Source of the DNA: Deltaproteobacteria bacterium
Lineage (GTDB): Bacteria > DRYD01
Length of the DNA stretch: 55,355 bases
Direction: 5' to 3'
Assembly (NCBI GenBank): GCA_028276365.1
Contig: JAPYWL010000006.1
Span: 1 to 55,355 of the forward strand
Positions 9,006-18,784 of this stretch are shown here, in pieces; within the stretch, counting starts at the first letter, position 1; the number at the start of each line of letters is the position of its first letter. A program made the position numbers and the translations under genes. The notes beneath the pieces are model-generated. The model had not been told where the DNA came from and searched no databases. It saw only the letters and a list, made by a program, of their open reading frames with translations.

Positions 9006-10069
9006 TTATGAAACTGACAATGGATTTAAAGAGGGATTTAACCAAGGATTTAAGGTATTTATATTTTCTTTTGGATTATTAAAATATTGTTCTATTATTT
9101 GTTTAATTTCGGGATCTGCTTGAATTGTTTTAGAATTTATTTCAAAAGGTTTAAGAGTGAAATCCAAGACTTTATTTTGTTTTTTATCATATTTTATTTG
9201 AGAGAATCCTAAATGTTTTGTATATGCTCCCATTTCTACTATATAGGTTTTATGTTCAAAACCTTTTAGGTTGGTTTTTATAATAATAGGATCTGGAGTG
9301 TAATCATGATCATGTCCAGCAAAAACTACATCTATATTTGAAGCTATATCAGGATTATTAGTTAATATTTGTTTAATTTTATTAATTCCTTCATGAGCTA
9401 ATAATATAACTATATTTGATTGAGCTCTAACTTTTGGGATTAATTCTTTTAGAACTTCAGTTATAGGAATTTTAATTGTATCTTTACCTACTTGTGGATT
9501 TGCATCTGTAGCTAATTCAGTAGTACATACGCTAATAAAAGCTATGTTTATTCCATTTTTGTTAAGAATTACATAAGGTAAAATACCATCAGGTAATTTA
9601 TTAGTGGATTTATCCAAAATATTACTATTTAATACTTTAAAATTAGCTTGTTTAACATATTCATTAATTAATGTATTAACACCGTATTGATATTCATGGT
9701 TTCCTGTAGCTGCTAAATCGTATTTTAAGGTATTCATTATTTTTATCATTGGTTTAAAATGATGTTGTTTATCATGTGGAGGATTGTATACTGTATCTCC
9801 TATATCTATTAATAACGAATCTGGATATTGATTTTTCAATTTTTTTATAACAGAAGCAATATAAGGCATACCGCCAGTTGAATCATTGTTGGGATAGTAT
9901 TTACCATGCATATCATTGGTATGAATTATATTTATGTTTATAATATCTTCATTTGAAGGATCTAAATTTAAAGAATCTGAATTTGAATAGTTTAGTTTAT
10001 TTTGGGACTTTGAAAAAAAAAATTATTTATTTTATTTTTGAATTCATTTATTAATTTTTGAATAATCAT
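9006..10069 (-). CDS. 5'-nucleotidase/2',3'-cyclic phosphodiesterase-type metallophosphoesterase, frameshifted in a T10 tract near the 5' end
   Basis: The frame upstream of the track start (9911) reads ...INIIHTNDMHG; also IDIGD, GNHE, LLAHEG, AGHDH. That frame has no start before TAA at 10025-10023; ATG 10069 joins it only if one base is added in the A10 run at 10013-10022. Confidence 0.8.
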
Positions 10070-10111
10070 AGTTTAATAATTAATTAATTTTATTTTTATA
10101 TAATAGAAAAT

Positions 10112-10128
10112 AGTTAATAAAATGTTAA
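10112..10128. promoter_or_regulatory. Direct-repeat motif AGTTAA-N5-TGTTAA between the nucleotidase and groES
   Basis: Its reverse complement TTTAACATTTTATTAAC is identical over 17 bp to the site upstream of sigH (35582-35598). Confidence 0.5.
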
Positions 10129-10215
10129 AAATTGAAATACTATTTTAGGGGTGTATAAAAATTTGATTTTAGGGTATATATATAAATGGACAGAAAGGAA
10201 GGAGGTGTATAGAAA

Positions 10216-10524
10216 ATGGCAACTCAAACATTAAAATTAAGAATGTTAGAAGATAGAGTATTAGTAAAACCAATGCTTCAAGAGGATAAAACAGAAAGTG
10301 GGATATATTTACCAGATAGTGCTAAGGAAAGACCCCAAAAGGGAGAAGTAGTAGAAGTAGGTCCAGGTAAATTATTGGATAATGGACAAAGAGTAGAGTT
10401 AACTGTTAAAAAGGGAGATAAGGTATTATTTGGTAAGTACGCAGGTACTGAAGTAAAATTTAAAGGTGAAGAATATATTATCTTAAGAGAATCTGAAATA
10501 TTAGCAATTATTGAAAGTGAATAA
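10216..10524 (+). CDS. groES: Co-chaperonin GroES
   Basis: [41 protein letters not shown]; SD AGGAGGTG. Confidence 0.98.
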   Translation: MATQTLKLRMLEDRVLVKPMLQEDKTESGIYLPDSAKERPQKGEVVEVGPGKLLDNGQRVELTVKKGDKVLFGKYAGTEVKFKGEEYIILRESEILAIIESE

Positions 10525-10561
10525 AAAATAAATTATAAGATAGGAGGAGGTGTTAAACTTT

Positions 10562-12214
10562 ATGGCAGGTAAAATGATATTATTTGATACAGAAGCAAGA
10601 CAAGCTTTAGAAAGAGGAATAAAATATGTATATGATGCTGTAAGAGTTACTTTAGGGCCAAAAGGTAGAAATGTAGTTTTAGAAAAGAAATTTGGGAGTC
10701 CATTGATTACAAATGACGGTGTAACTGTTGCAAAAGAAATAGAATTAGCAGATCCAGCAGAAAACATGGGAGCACAATTATTAAAAGAAGTAGCTTCTAA
10801 AACTAATGATATAGCAGGAGATGGGACTACAACTGCTGTAGTTTTAGGTTATAATATTGTTAAAGAAGGATTAAAAGCAATAGCAAGTGGTGCTAATCCT
10901 ATTTATCTTAAAAGAGGAATAGATAAAGCTAAGGAAGTAATTATTGAAGAATTAAAGAAACAAGCAAAAGAAGTGGATTTTGAAGGGAAAACTAAGTCAG
11001 AAATAGATGATTTAGAAAGGGTTGCTACAATAGCTGCTAATAACGACGAAGAAATTGGTAAAATGATAGCTAAAGCTATTAGAATGGTTGGTAAAACGGG
11101 AGTAATTACCATTGAAGAATCTAAATCTTCTCAAACTACTTTAGAGCATGTTGAAGGAATGCAATTTGATAGAGGTTATATTTCTCCATATTTCGTTACT
11201 GATTCTGAAAGAATGGAAACAATATTAGAAAATCCATATATATTAATAACAGAAAAGAAAATAGCTGCAGTTAATGATATAATTGGAATATTGGAAGTAG
11301 TAGTAAGAGAAGGAAAACCTTTATTAATAATTGCAGAAGAAGTAGAAGGTGAAGCTTTAGCTACTTTAGTTGTTAATAAATTAAGAGGGGTTTTAAATGT
11401 ATGTGCTGTTAAAGCTCCTGGGTTTGGTGATAGAAGAAAAGAAATGCTAAAAGATATAGCTATATTAACTGGTGGAGAAGTTATTAATGATGAATTAGGT
11501 ATAAAATTAGAAAACATTAGATCTTTAGAATATTTAGGTAAAGCTGAAAAAGTAAAAGTTACTAAAGAAAATACTACTATAATTGGTGGAAAAGGGGATA
11601 CTACCAAAATAAATGCTAGAATTGAACAAATAAGAAAACAAATAAAAGAAACTGAAAGTGAATTTGATAGAGAAAAACTACAAGAAAGATTAGCAAAATT
11701 AACTGGCGGGGTAGCTGTTATAAAAGTAGGTGCTCCTACTGAAACTGAGTTAAAAGAAAAGAAATTAAGAATGGAAGATTCTTTAAATGCTACTAAAGCA
11801 GCAGTTGAAGAAGGAATTATTCCCGGTGGCGGAACTGCTTTAATTAGATGTATTCCTGCTTTAGAAAAATTAGAAAAAGAATATACTGGAGATATGGCTT
11901 TAGGTATTAGAGTTGTTAGAAATAGCTTAGATAAACCATTAAGACAGATAGCAGAAAACGCAGGATTTGATCCTGGATCTATAGTTGAAGAAGTTAAGAG
12001 ATCTAATGAAACTCATGGTTTTGATGCTGTTAACGGTAAAATAGTTGATATGTTTAAATCTGGTATAATTGACCCATTAAAAGTTACAAGAAGTGCTTTA
12101 GAAAATGCTTGCTCAGTAGCTGGTATGGTATTAACTACTGAGACATTAGTTGCAGAAATCCCAGAAAAAGAAAAAGATAAAGGACAAAGCTATCCACCAA
12201 TGCCTGAATACTAA
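10562..12214 (+). CDS. groEL: Chaperonin GroEL
   Basis: [43 protein letters not shown]; ATG 10562 lies downstream of SD GGAGGAGG (the track's GTG at 10550 overlaps the SD). Confidence 0.98.
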   Translation: MAGKMILFDTEARQALERGIKYVYDAVRVTLGPKGRNVVLEKKFGSPLITNDGVTVAKEIELADPAENMGAQLLKEVASKTNDIAGDGTTTAVVLGYNIVKEGLKAIASGANPIYLKRGIDKAKEVIIEELKKQAKEVDFEGKTKSEIDDLERVATIAANNDEEIGKMIAKAIRMVGKTGVITIEESKSSQTTLEHVEGMQFDRGYISPYFVTDSERMETILENPYILITEKKIAAVNDIIGILEVVVREGKPLLIIAEEVEGEALATLVVNKLRGVLNVCAVKAPGFGDRRKEMLKDIAILTGGEVINDELGIKLENIRSLEYLGKAEKVKVTKENTTIIGGKGDTTKINARIEQIRKQIKETESEFDREKLQERLAKLTGGVAVIKVGAPTETELKEKKLRMEDSLNATKAAVEEGIIPGGGTALIRCIPALEKLEKEYTGDMALGIRVVRNSLDKPLRQIAENAGFDPGSIVEEVKRSNETHGFDAVNGKIVDMFKSGIIDPLKVTRSALENACSVAGMVLTTETLVAEIPEKEKDKGQSYPPMPEY

Positions 12215-12247
12215 TTTTAAAAAAAAATAAAGTAAAGTAAAAAACTA

Positions 12248-12277
12248 AGGGGAGGGAAATTTTTCCCTCCCTTTTTT
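12248..12277. terminator. Rho-independent terminator, probably bidirectional (groEL / Gly-rich gene)
   Basis: GGGAGGGAA-ATTT-TTCCCTCCC hairpin followed by TTTTTT, A-rich on the other side, between convergent genes. Confidence 0.9.
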
Positions 12278-12312
12278 ATTTTATTTATTTTTATATTATT
12301 TTTTAATTTATA

Positions 12313-12828
12313 CTATAGAACTCCTGGTAATCCAAAACTACCACTAAGTTGAGTAAAATTAAAATTAAAATTAAACTGATTGAATTGATTGTTTTGTTGA
12401 TTTTGTTGTTGTAATAGCATCATTAATAAAATTATCAATAACATTATGATTAATTGGTTATTAATTGAGTTAGGATTATTTTGATAGTATTGATTTCCAA
12501 ATGGTGACATACCTGGGCTCATACCGCCTAATGGATTCATACCGCCCATGGGTAATGAAAATGGAGACACTGGATTTTGTCCGCCTAATGCTCCACCTAA
12601 TATTCCTCCTAATAACCCGCCTAATATTCCACCTAATATTCCTCCTAATATTCCCCCTAGTAAGCCGTTAAGCATATTGTTCATTGGATTTATGTTAGCT
12701 ATATCTCCAAAACCTTGTCCTATACCAAAACCAGTACCTATTCCAAAGCCTCCACCTATACCAAAACCAGTACCTATTCCAAAACCTTGTCCTATAATTC
12801 CTCCAAACCCTCCTAGTTGATTTATCAT
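12313..12828 (-). CDS. Hypothetical Gly-rich, Cys-free glycine-zipper protein (harpin-like composition)
   Basis: SD AAGGAGGTG; about 5 GxGFGI repeats, tandem GGIL glycine zipper, LIIMLLIILLMMLLQQ, Q/N tail. Confidence 0.85.
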   Translation of the reverse strand: MINQLGGFGGIIGQGFGIGTGFGIGGGFGIGTGFGIGQGFGDIANINPMNNMLNGLLGGILGGILGGILGGLLGGILGGALGGQNPVSPFSLPMGGMNPLGGMSPGMSPFGNQYYQNNPNSINNQLIIMLLIILLMMLLQQQNQQNNQFNQFNFNFNFTQLSGSFGLPGVL

Positions 12829-12890
12829 TTTTATTCACCTCCTTTTTATATTTATAAATATAATTTTTTTTGTTTTTGTTTTTATTTTAT

Positions 12891-12929
12891 TTTGTAAAAA
12901 TAATTAAAAAAATGTTAAAATTGTAAAAA
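12891..12929 (-). promoter_or_regulatory. 39-bp upstream element, copy 1
   Basis: Coding strand TTTTTACAATTTTAACATTTTTTTAATTATTTTTACAAA; 35/39 identical to 20286-20324. Confidence 0.65.
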
Positions 12930-13133
12930 TTATGTATTTACTACTTGATTAAATGAATAGAGAAAAAGTTAAAGGCTTATTTATTAGCGATAAATTTAAA
13001 AAATATCTTTACACTAGAGTTTTCTTAAGAGTTTTTCTATATCTTAAGATTATTGTAATTGTGTGATTTTAATAAAAAATACTAATTAGTGTTTTGTTTT
13101 AGAGTATAATAGTTCTTATCTACTTTACTTTCC

Positions 13134-13387
13134 TTATGATTGTTTTTTAACTACTTTTAGTGATAAAGAAACTATTTTATTGTTTATATAGATTCCTGGG
13201 ATATAAGCTATACCTTCTAGTTTTAACCTAACGTATGCGTCAAGCGGGAGATTATAAATCTCACCATCTTCGGTAATAAATTTTACTGAACACAATCCGG
13301 ATAAAGATTTTCATATTGGGCAGGAATACAACCCTTAATTATTCTATACTCTTGAAATGGTTTATTTATTATCATTTCTATATGCAT
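13134..13387 (-). pseudogene. Possible frameshifted gene remnant
   Basis: MHIEMIINKPFQEYRIIKGCIPAQYENLYPDC, then after a shift at TGTGT SVKFITEDGEIYNLPLDAYVRLKLEGIAYIPGIYINNKIVSLSLKVVKKQS; more GC-rich than its flanks. Confidence 0.35.
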
Positions 13388-13482
13388 TTTTATTTTCTTC
13401 AATTGCTTAATTTATTTTTTAAGGCTTTGGATAGTTTAGTGTAACTCATATTTGGGAAATTATTTTATTACTTAGCTTTTGA

Positions 13483-13749
13483 TTAAGATAAATTTTTTTC
13501 AATTAATGAGGCTAGCTGGATATCTTTATCAGTTATGGAATTAGAGGAATGAGTAAAAAGCTTTATAATGATTTTTTTATAATAGATTTCTAAGTCAGGA
13601 TGATGATTAAGTTTTTCAGCTAAAAACGCAATCAAGTTAAATACTAAAACTACCTCTTTAAAATTATTTAAATTTATTTCCCTATAGAGTTTGTTATCTA
13701 TAATTTTCCATTGATTATTTTCATTTAAAAATTTTTCTAAACTACTCAT
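13483..13749 (-). CDS. phhB: Pterin-4-alpha-carbinolamine dehydratase
   Basis: AEKLNHHPDL, LFTHSSNSITDKDIQLA. Confidence 0.92.
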   Translation of the reverse strand: MSSLEKFLNENNQWKIIDNKLYREINLNNFKEVVLVFNLIAFLAEKLNHHPDLEIYYKKIIIKLFTHSSNSITDKDIQLASLIEKNLS

Positions 13750-13781
13750 TTTATACCTCCTTTATATATTTACCTCTTTTT

Positions 13782-14918
13782 TTATATATTAAAGATTTCA
13801 TTAATAGTATTGGCAACGTATTCAACATCATTTAATGAAATATAATGATACATAGGCAAGCTTAAAACTTTAGTAGCTAAATCTTCTGAATTGGTTAATG
13901 GATAATATACTTTGTAATTGTTTTTATTTAAATAAACAGGTAATTTATGTAAAGGATAAGGATAGTATATATTTGTTTCTATTCCTTTATTTTCTAGTTC
14001 TTTTTTTAGGTTATCTCTGCTAATAGGAGAATTATTTTTTATTAAAATAGTATATTGGTGATAAACATGATGAAAATTATTATTTTCTGGCTTGGGTGTA
14101 ATTATGTAGGGATTTTTAGAAAGTATTCCATTATATAAATTAGCTGCTTTAATTCTATGATTATTAAATTTTTCAATATATTTTAATTTAACTTTAAGGA
14201 TAGCTGCTTGGATTTCGTCCATCCTTGAATTATATCCAAATTCCTCATGATAATACTTTTTAATGCTACCATGTACTTTTAACATTTTACACTTTTGAGC
14301 TAATTCTTTGTTATTGGTTATAATAAATCCTGCATCTCCGTAAGCTCCTAAATTCTTGGTAGGAAAGCAAGAAAAAGCACCCAAATCTCCAAAGGTGCCA
14401 ACCAATTTATTATTGTATTTAGCACCAAAGGCTTGTGCTACATCTTCTACTACTTTTAAATTATATCTCTTAGCTATTTCCATAACTTTTTCCATATTAA
14501 CAGGTAATCCAAATAAATGAACTGGTATTATAGCTTTTGTTTTTTCAGTAATAGATTTTTCTATTAAATTAACATTTATATTAAAATTTTCATCTATATC
14601 AACAAAAACGGGTATAGCACCTATGTTGTTAATAACTTCAGCAGTAGCAAAAAAAGTAAATGGGGTGGTTATAACTTCATCTCCCTCTTTTATACCTAAG
14701 GATTTTAAAGAAATCAATAAAGCGTCAGTACCTGAATTAACAGTTATAGCATGCTTTACATTAAAGTAATTAGCTAAATTTTCTTCCAATTCTTGGACAT
14801 TTTTTCCCATTATAAATGTTCCTGATTTTAGTACTTTTTTAATTTCTTCTAAAATTTCTTCCCCGATATCTTCAAATTCTGATTTCAAATCGAATAACTT
14901 TATTTTTTGTATTTTCAT
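13782..14918 (-). CDS. DegT/DnrJ/EryC1/StrS family PLP-dependent sugar aminotransferase
   Basis: NSGTDAL, EDVAQAFGA, FSCFPTKNLGAYGDAG, GYNSRMDEIQAA. Confidence 0.95.
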   Translation of the reverse strand: MKIQKIKLFDLKSEFEDIGEEILEEIKKVLKSGTFIMGKNVQELEENLANYFNVKHAITVNSGTDALLISLKSLGIKEGDEVITTPFTFFATAEVINNIGAIPVFVDIDENFNINVNLIEKSITEKTKAIIPVHLFGLPVNMEKVMEIAKRYNLKVVEDVAQAFGAKYNNKLVGTFGDLGAFSCFPTKNLGAYGDAGFIITNNKELAQKCKMLKVHGSIKKYYHEEFGYNSRMDEIQAAILKVKLKYIEKFNNHRIKAANLYNGILSKNPYIITPKPENNNFHHVYHQYTILIKNNSPISRDNLKKELENKGIETNIYYPYPLHKLPVYLNKNNYKVYYPLTNSEDLATKVLSLPMYHYISLNDVEYVANTINEIFNI

Positions 14919-15023
14919 AACAACCCCCTTAAATTTTTTTATTTTTATTACTTAGTAAAACTTAATAATTATATTTTCTTTTCTATATTATAAAATTCTA
15001 TAATATATATTAAATTTCTTTTT

Positions 15024-15040
15024 TTAACACTTTTTTTACA
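15024..15040. promoter_or_regulatory. Direct-repeat motif TTAACA-N5-TTTACA
   Basis: 70 bp upstream of the ATG at 15111; same motif as 8956, 18677, 35583 and 47206. Confidence 0.5.
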
Positions 15041-15110
15041 TAAAAAATTGCTAATTGAGTTTTCAAAAGATAATACAAAATAAAACAAAAAAAAAAGGAG
15101 GGGATTAAAA

Positions 15111-15518
15111 ATGATAAACTTAACAAAAATAACTAAAAAAATATTAATAAATATTTCTATTTTATTAATAATAAACGTGTTAGGAATAATTAATGAGTCA
15201 TATGCTGTAAATGTAAGTCCTGTATATGTAAGTCCAGTATATGTTAATAGAGTGTATGTGAATCCTGTTTATGTAAGTCCGATTTATGTTAATCCTGTAT
15301 ATGTTAATAGAGTATATGTAAGCCCTACTTATGTCCCTCAAGTAATGATAAATAGAACTTATGTAAATACTAATTATGTATCTCCTGTTTATGTAAATCC
15401 TACTTATGTTAATAAAGTCTATGTTAATGAATATAATCCTTATAAAATTCTAAATGCATCTTATAAAAATATAAGAGTATCTTATTTTGATTATAATAAA
15501 CAAGATTTTAGTAATTAA
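15111..15518 (+). CDS. Secreted hypothetical protein with (V/T)YV(N/S)(P/R) pentapeptide repeats
   Basis: Sec-type signal (basic N-region, hydrophobic core, ESYA|V) followed by about 15 pentapeptide repeats; SD AGGAGG. Confidence 0.85.
   Translation: MINLTKITKKILINISILLIINVLGIINESYAVNVSPVYVSPVYVNRVYVNPVYVSPIYVNPVYVNRVYVSPTYVPQVMINRTYVNTNYVSPVYVNPTYVNKVYVNEYNPYKILNASYKNIRVSYFDYNKQDFSN
15207..15431 (+). repeat. Degenerate 15-bp coding tandem repeat
   Basis: TATGT(A/T)A(A/G)T units at 15-bp period, encoding VYVSP/VYVNR/VYVNP/TYVNK. Confidence 0.85.
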
Positions 15519-15552
15519 TTTAAATTATTAAATTATAAACAAAGGAGGAAAA

Positions 15553-16473
15553 ATGAAAATGTTTGAAATCAAAAATATAGGATTAAAAAAGACGGATTTT
15601 TTTAATAAAACTAAAAATATAGAAATTGATAAAAACCAAATTAAAAATAATTTAGAGATATTAAGTAGTGATGAATTTGATGGAAGATTAGTACTAACAG
15701 AGGGTAATGAGAAAGCTCAACAATTTTTAGTTGATAAATTTAAGGAATACAATTTAAAATCTTTTAATAATGATTCATATTTACAGGAGTTTAAATATAA
15801 TAATTCAAAAGTAAATAATGTGATAGGGGTAGTAGAGGGTACTGATCCTGAGTTAAAGAAGGAAGTAGTAGTAATAGGTGCTCATTTTGATCATGTGGGG
15901 GAGGGGTGGTTTTGTTGGAGAGTACCTGGAACTAATGATAAAATATGTAATGGAGCAGATGATAATGCTAGTGGAACTGTATCAATGCTTGAGTTAGCAA
16001 GATTATTTTCAAAATATCCTACTAAAAGGACTATAATTTTTGTAGGATTTAATGCTGAAGAAATGGGACTAATTGGATCTAAAGATTTAGCTAATAAATT
16101 AAAAGAATTATTACCAAATTACAATGTTAAATATATGATAAATATGGATATGGTGGGTAGGAATGGAGACAAGCCATTAACTGCTGCTTATGGTTCTCTA
16201 AATCCTAAAGAAGAAACAATATTAAAACAAACCTTAGAAACTTTAAATTCTAATAAAGATTTTGATATAGTAAATGGTAAAAATTTTAAATATTTTCCAT
16301 ATTCTGATCATTATCCATTTTATAAATCAGGAATTCCTGTTATAATGTTTTCTTCTTTATTACATGAAGATTACCATAAGGTAACAGATGAAGTAAATAA
16401 AATAGATTACAAAGCATTATTTAAGAGAATTGAAGCAGTATATAATGTAGTAAATAAATTAGCTAATTCTTAA
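15553..16473 (+). CDS. M28 family metallo-aminopeptidase
   Basis: IGAHFDH, NGADDNASG, FNAEEMGLIGS, NMDMVGR, SDHYPF, DYHKVTD; no signal peptide. Confidence 0.93.
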   Translation: MKMFEIKNIGLKKTDFFNKTKNIEIDKNQIKNNLEILSSDEFDGRLVLTEGNEKAQQFLVDKFKEYNLKSFNNDSYLQEFKYNNSKVNNVIGVVEGTDPELKKEVVVIGAHFDHVGEGWFCWRVPGTNDKICNGADDNASGTVSMLELARLFSKYPTKRTIIFVGFNAEEMGLIGSKDLANKLKELLPNYNVKYMINMDMVGRNGDKPLTAAYGSLNPKEETILKQTLETLNSNKDFDIVNGKNFKYFPYSDHYPFYKSGIPVIMFSSLLHEDYHKVTDEVNKIDYKALFKRIEAVYNVVNKLANS

Positions 16474-16589
16474 ATTAATTAAAATGAAGGATTCAAAGTA
16501 GGATTTTAATTTTTTTAAATGTAAAATATATGTAGGATGATATAAAAAACTGAAATAAAGTAATGAGGAATAAGTAAGGGGGGAGCAGG

Positions 16590-18665
16590 ATGTCAGATCC
16601 GATTTATTTAAACATCTTATGGCATCAACATCAACCACTTTATAAAGATCCTATAAAAGATACTTACACTGCTCCGTGGGTTAGATTACATTCTACTAAA
16701 GATTATTATGATATGGCTGCTATTTTACTTAATTTCCCTAAGGTAAAATTAACTATAAATTTAACTCCTTCTTTATTAATCCAATTACAAGATTATATTG
16801 ATAAGATGAAGGACTATGCTGATGAAAAAAGTGCTCATTATTTAGATGAAAAATACTTCCCATATGGGAAATTAGATAAAGCCTTAGATCTTCTTTTTAA
16901 ACCTGTAGATAAATGGACTAATGAAGATAAAGAATATGCTAAGAAAAGATTTTTTGATGCACATTATGATTCACAAATAGCTAAATATCCAGCTTATAAA
17001 AAACTATACGATAAAGTTAAAAATAATGAAGAATTAACTAATCAGGATTATCTAAATTTAAAGGTTTGGTTTAATTTAGTTTGGTTTGATTATGATTTTC
17101 TTACTAAGGAAGTGGAATTAATTGGCCAAGATGAAAACAATAACATAATAAAGGATAAAGTAACTAAGATAAAAGATATTTATTTAAAAGGGATTCAAGG
17201 TAAAAACTTTACTGAACAAGATGCAAAAGATATAATATTAGAAACTTATAAAATAATGAAATTTGTGATACCAATTCACAGGTATTTACAAAATAAGGGG
17301 CAAATAGAAATAACTACTACTCCATTTTATCACCCTATTTTACCATTAATAGATGATACTAATGTAGCTAAAGAATCTAATCCAAATGATAAATTACCCA
17401 ATCAATTTAAATACCCTGAAGATGCAGATATTCAAGTAAAATTAGCTGCTGAATATTATAAGAAGCTTTTTGGAAAATATCCAGTGGGTATGTGGCCTGG
17501 TGAAGGAGCAGTTAGTGAAAGTGTTATTAAACATTTTGTTAAAAATGGAGTTAAATGGATTGCTACGGGTAATGAAGTAGTAATGAAATCAGGGCATGCT
17601 TATGATGTTTTAATGCCATATAGAGTAGATGTTGATAGTGAATTCTTAGATAATTTAAATAATGATGCTTTAACAGTTGTTCCTAGATCTTTACATGATA
17701 AGATAGGCTGGGATTATGGATATTATAGGGGTAAGGCAGATGGTATAGATGCTGCTAAGGATTATATTAATTTTGTTAAATCTTTAAAACATGTAGAAGC
17801 TGCTAAAAATGAGCCTATTTTTATTACTAATACTTGTGATGGGGAAAATGTATGGACTTATTATAAAAATGATGGCAAAGATTTCTTATTAGCTTTATAC
17901 GATCTTCTTCAAAAAGATAATCAAATAATTACTATGACACCTAAAGAATTTATAACCCAAATAAAACCAGTAGATAAACAATGGGAATTAGAACCTTTAG
18001 CTACTGGTAGCTGGGTTAATGGAGATTTATCTACCTGGATAGGTGAGGACTCTGAAAATAAAGCTTGGAATATGTTAAATAAATTAAGACAAGAATTTAT
18101 TAAAATTCCATTGCTAAATGAAATAATTCAACTAAAGGAACCTCAAAAAATAGATAGAACAAAATATTACCTTTATAAGGCATGGCATACTTTATTTGCT
18201 GCTGAAGGTTCGGATTGGTTTTGGTGGTATGGAAATGATTGGGATAGTGGTAATGATCAATATTTTGCAAGATTACATAGAGAATTAATGGTTAATGCTC
18301 TAAAATATTTATTAAAAGCTGGATACCAAGTTGAATTCCCTTCTTTAATATTTGAACCATTAGATCAGGATAATTCTTATTTACCTCCTACTATGTGTAT
18401 TTATAATATTCAAGATACCAAATTAAATATAAAAATAATAAATCCACTTAATCAAAAAATAGACTTAAGTAATTTTATTATAAATATAATTGATTTAAAT
18501 GGAAAAATAATATTTACTGAAAAATTATCTAATTTAAAACAAATAGAAAATGGTGATCTTGTATTTGATTTTTCTAATTTAGGTTTAAAGGATTCTGAAT
18601 TAAACATAAATATAGTAAACTCTCAAACCCAAGAAATAGTGGATAAAGATTATATAATTAAATAA
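16590..18665 (+). CDS. Glycoside hydrolase family 57 (amylopullulanase-like)
   Basis: WHQHQP, PWVRLH, TPFYHPILPL, GMWPGEGAVS, DGEN, AEGSDWFWW. Confidence 0.95.
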   Translation: MSDPIYLNILWHQHQPLYKDPIKDTYTAPWVRLHSTKDYYDMAAILLNFPKVKLTINLTPSLLIQLQDYIDKMKDYADEKSAHYLDEKYFPYGKLDKALDLLFKPVDKWTNEDKEYAKKRFFDAHYDSQIAKYPAYKKLYDKVKNNEELTNQDYLNLKVWFNLVWFDYDFLTKEVELIGQDENNNIIKDKVTKIKDIYLKGIQGKNFTEQDAKDIILETYKIMKFVIPIHRYLQNKGQIEITTTPFYHPILPLIDDTNVAKESNPNDKLPNQFKYPEDADIQVKLAAEYYKKLFGKYPVGMWPGEGAVSESVIKHFVKNGVKWIATGNEVVMKSGHAYDVLMPYRVDVDSEFLDNLNNDALTVVPRSLHDKIGWDYGYYRGKADGIDAAKDYINFVKSLKHVEAAKNEPIFITNTCDGENVWTYYKNDGKDFLLALYDLLQKDNQIITMTPKEFITQIKPVDKQWELEPLATGSWVNGDLSTWIGEDSENKAWNMLNKLRQEFIKIPLLNEIIQLKEPQKIDRTKYYLYKAWHTLFAAEGSDWFWWYGNDWDSGNDQYFARLHRELMVNALKYLLKAGYQVEFPSLIFEPLDQDNSYLPPTMCIYNIQDTKLNIKIINPLNQKIDLSNFIINIIDLNGKIIFTEKLSNLKQIENGDLVFDFSNLGLKDSELNINIVNSQTQEIVDKDYIIK

Positions 18666-18676
18666 AAAAATAAAAA

Positions 18677-18693
18677 TGTAAAAAATATGTTAA
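18677..18693 (+). promoter_or_regulatory. Direct-repeat motif TGTAAA-N5-TGTTAA
   Basis: About 90 bp upstream of the ATG at 18785, followed by TATAAT at 18733-18738. Confidence 0.55.
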
Positions 18694-18784
18694 AAAAGCT
18701 AAATTTAGTTTTAATTTTTTAATAATTGATTATATAATTACTAAGAGTACCTTTAGGAAAAATATTAAAAGAGGGGGTGCTATT

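Noticed and set aside
12548-12820. Pro-rich ORF on the + strand
   Set aside because: Antisense shadow of the Gly-rich gene, which has the SD and terminator
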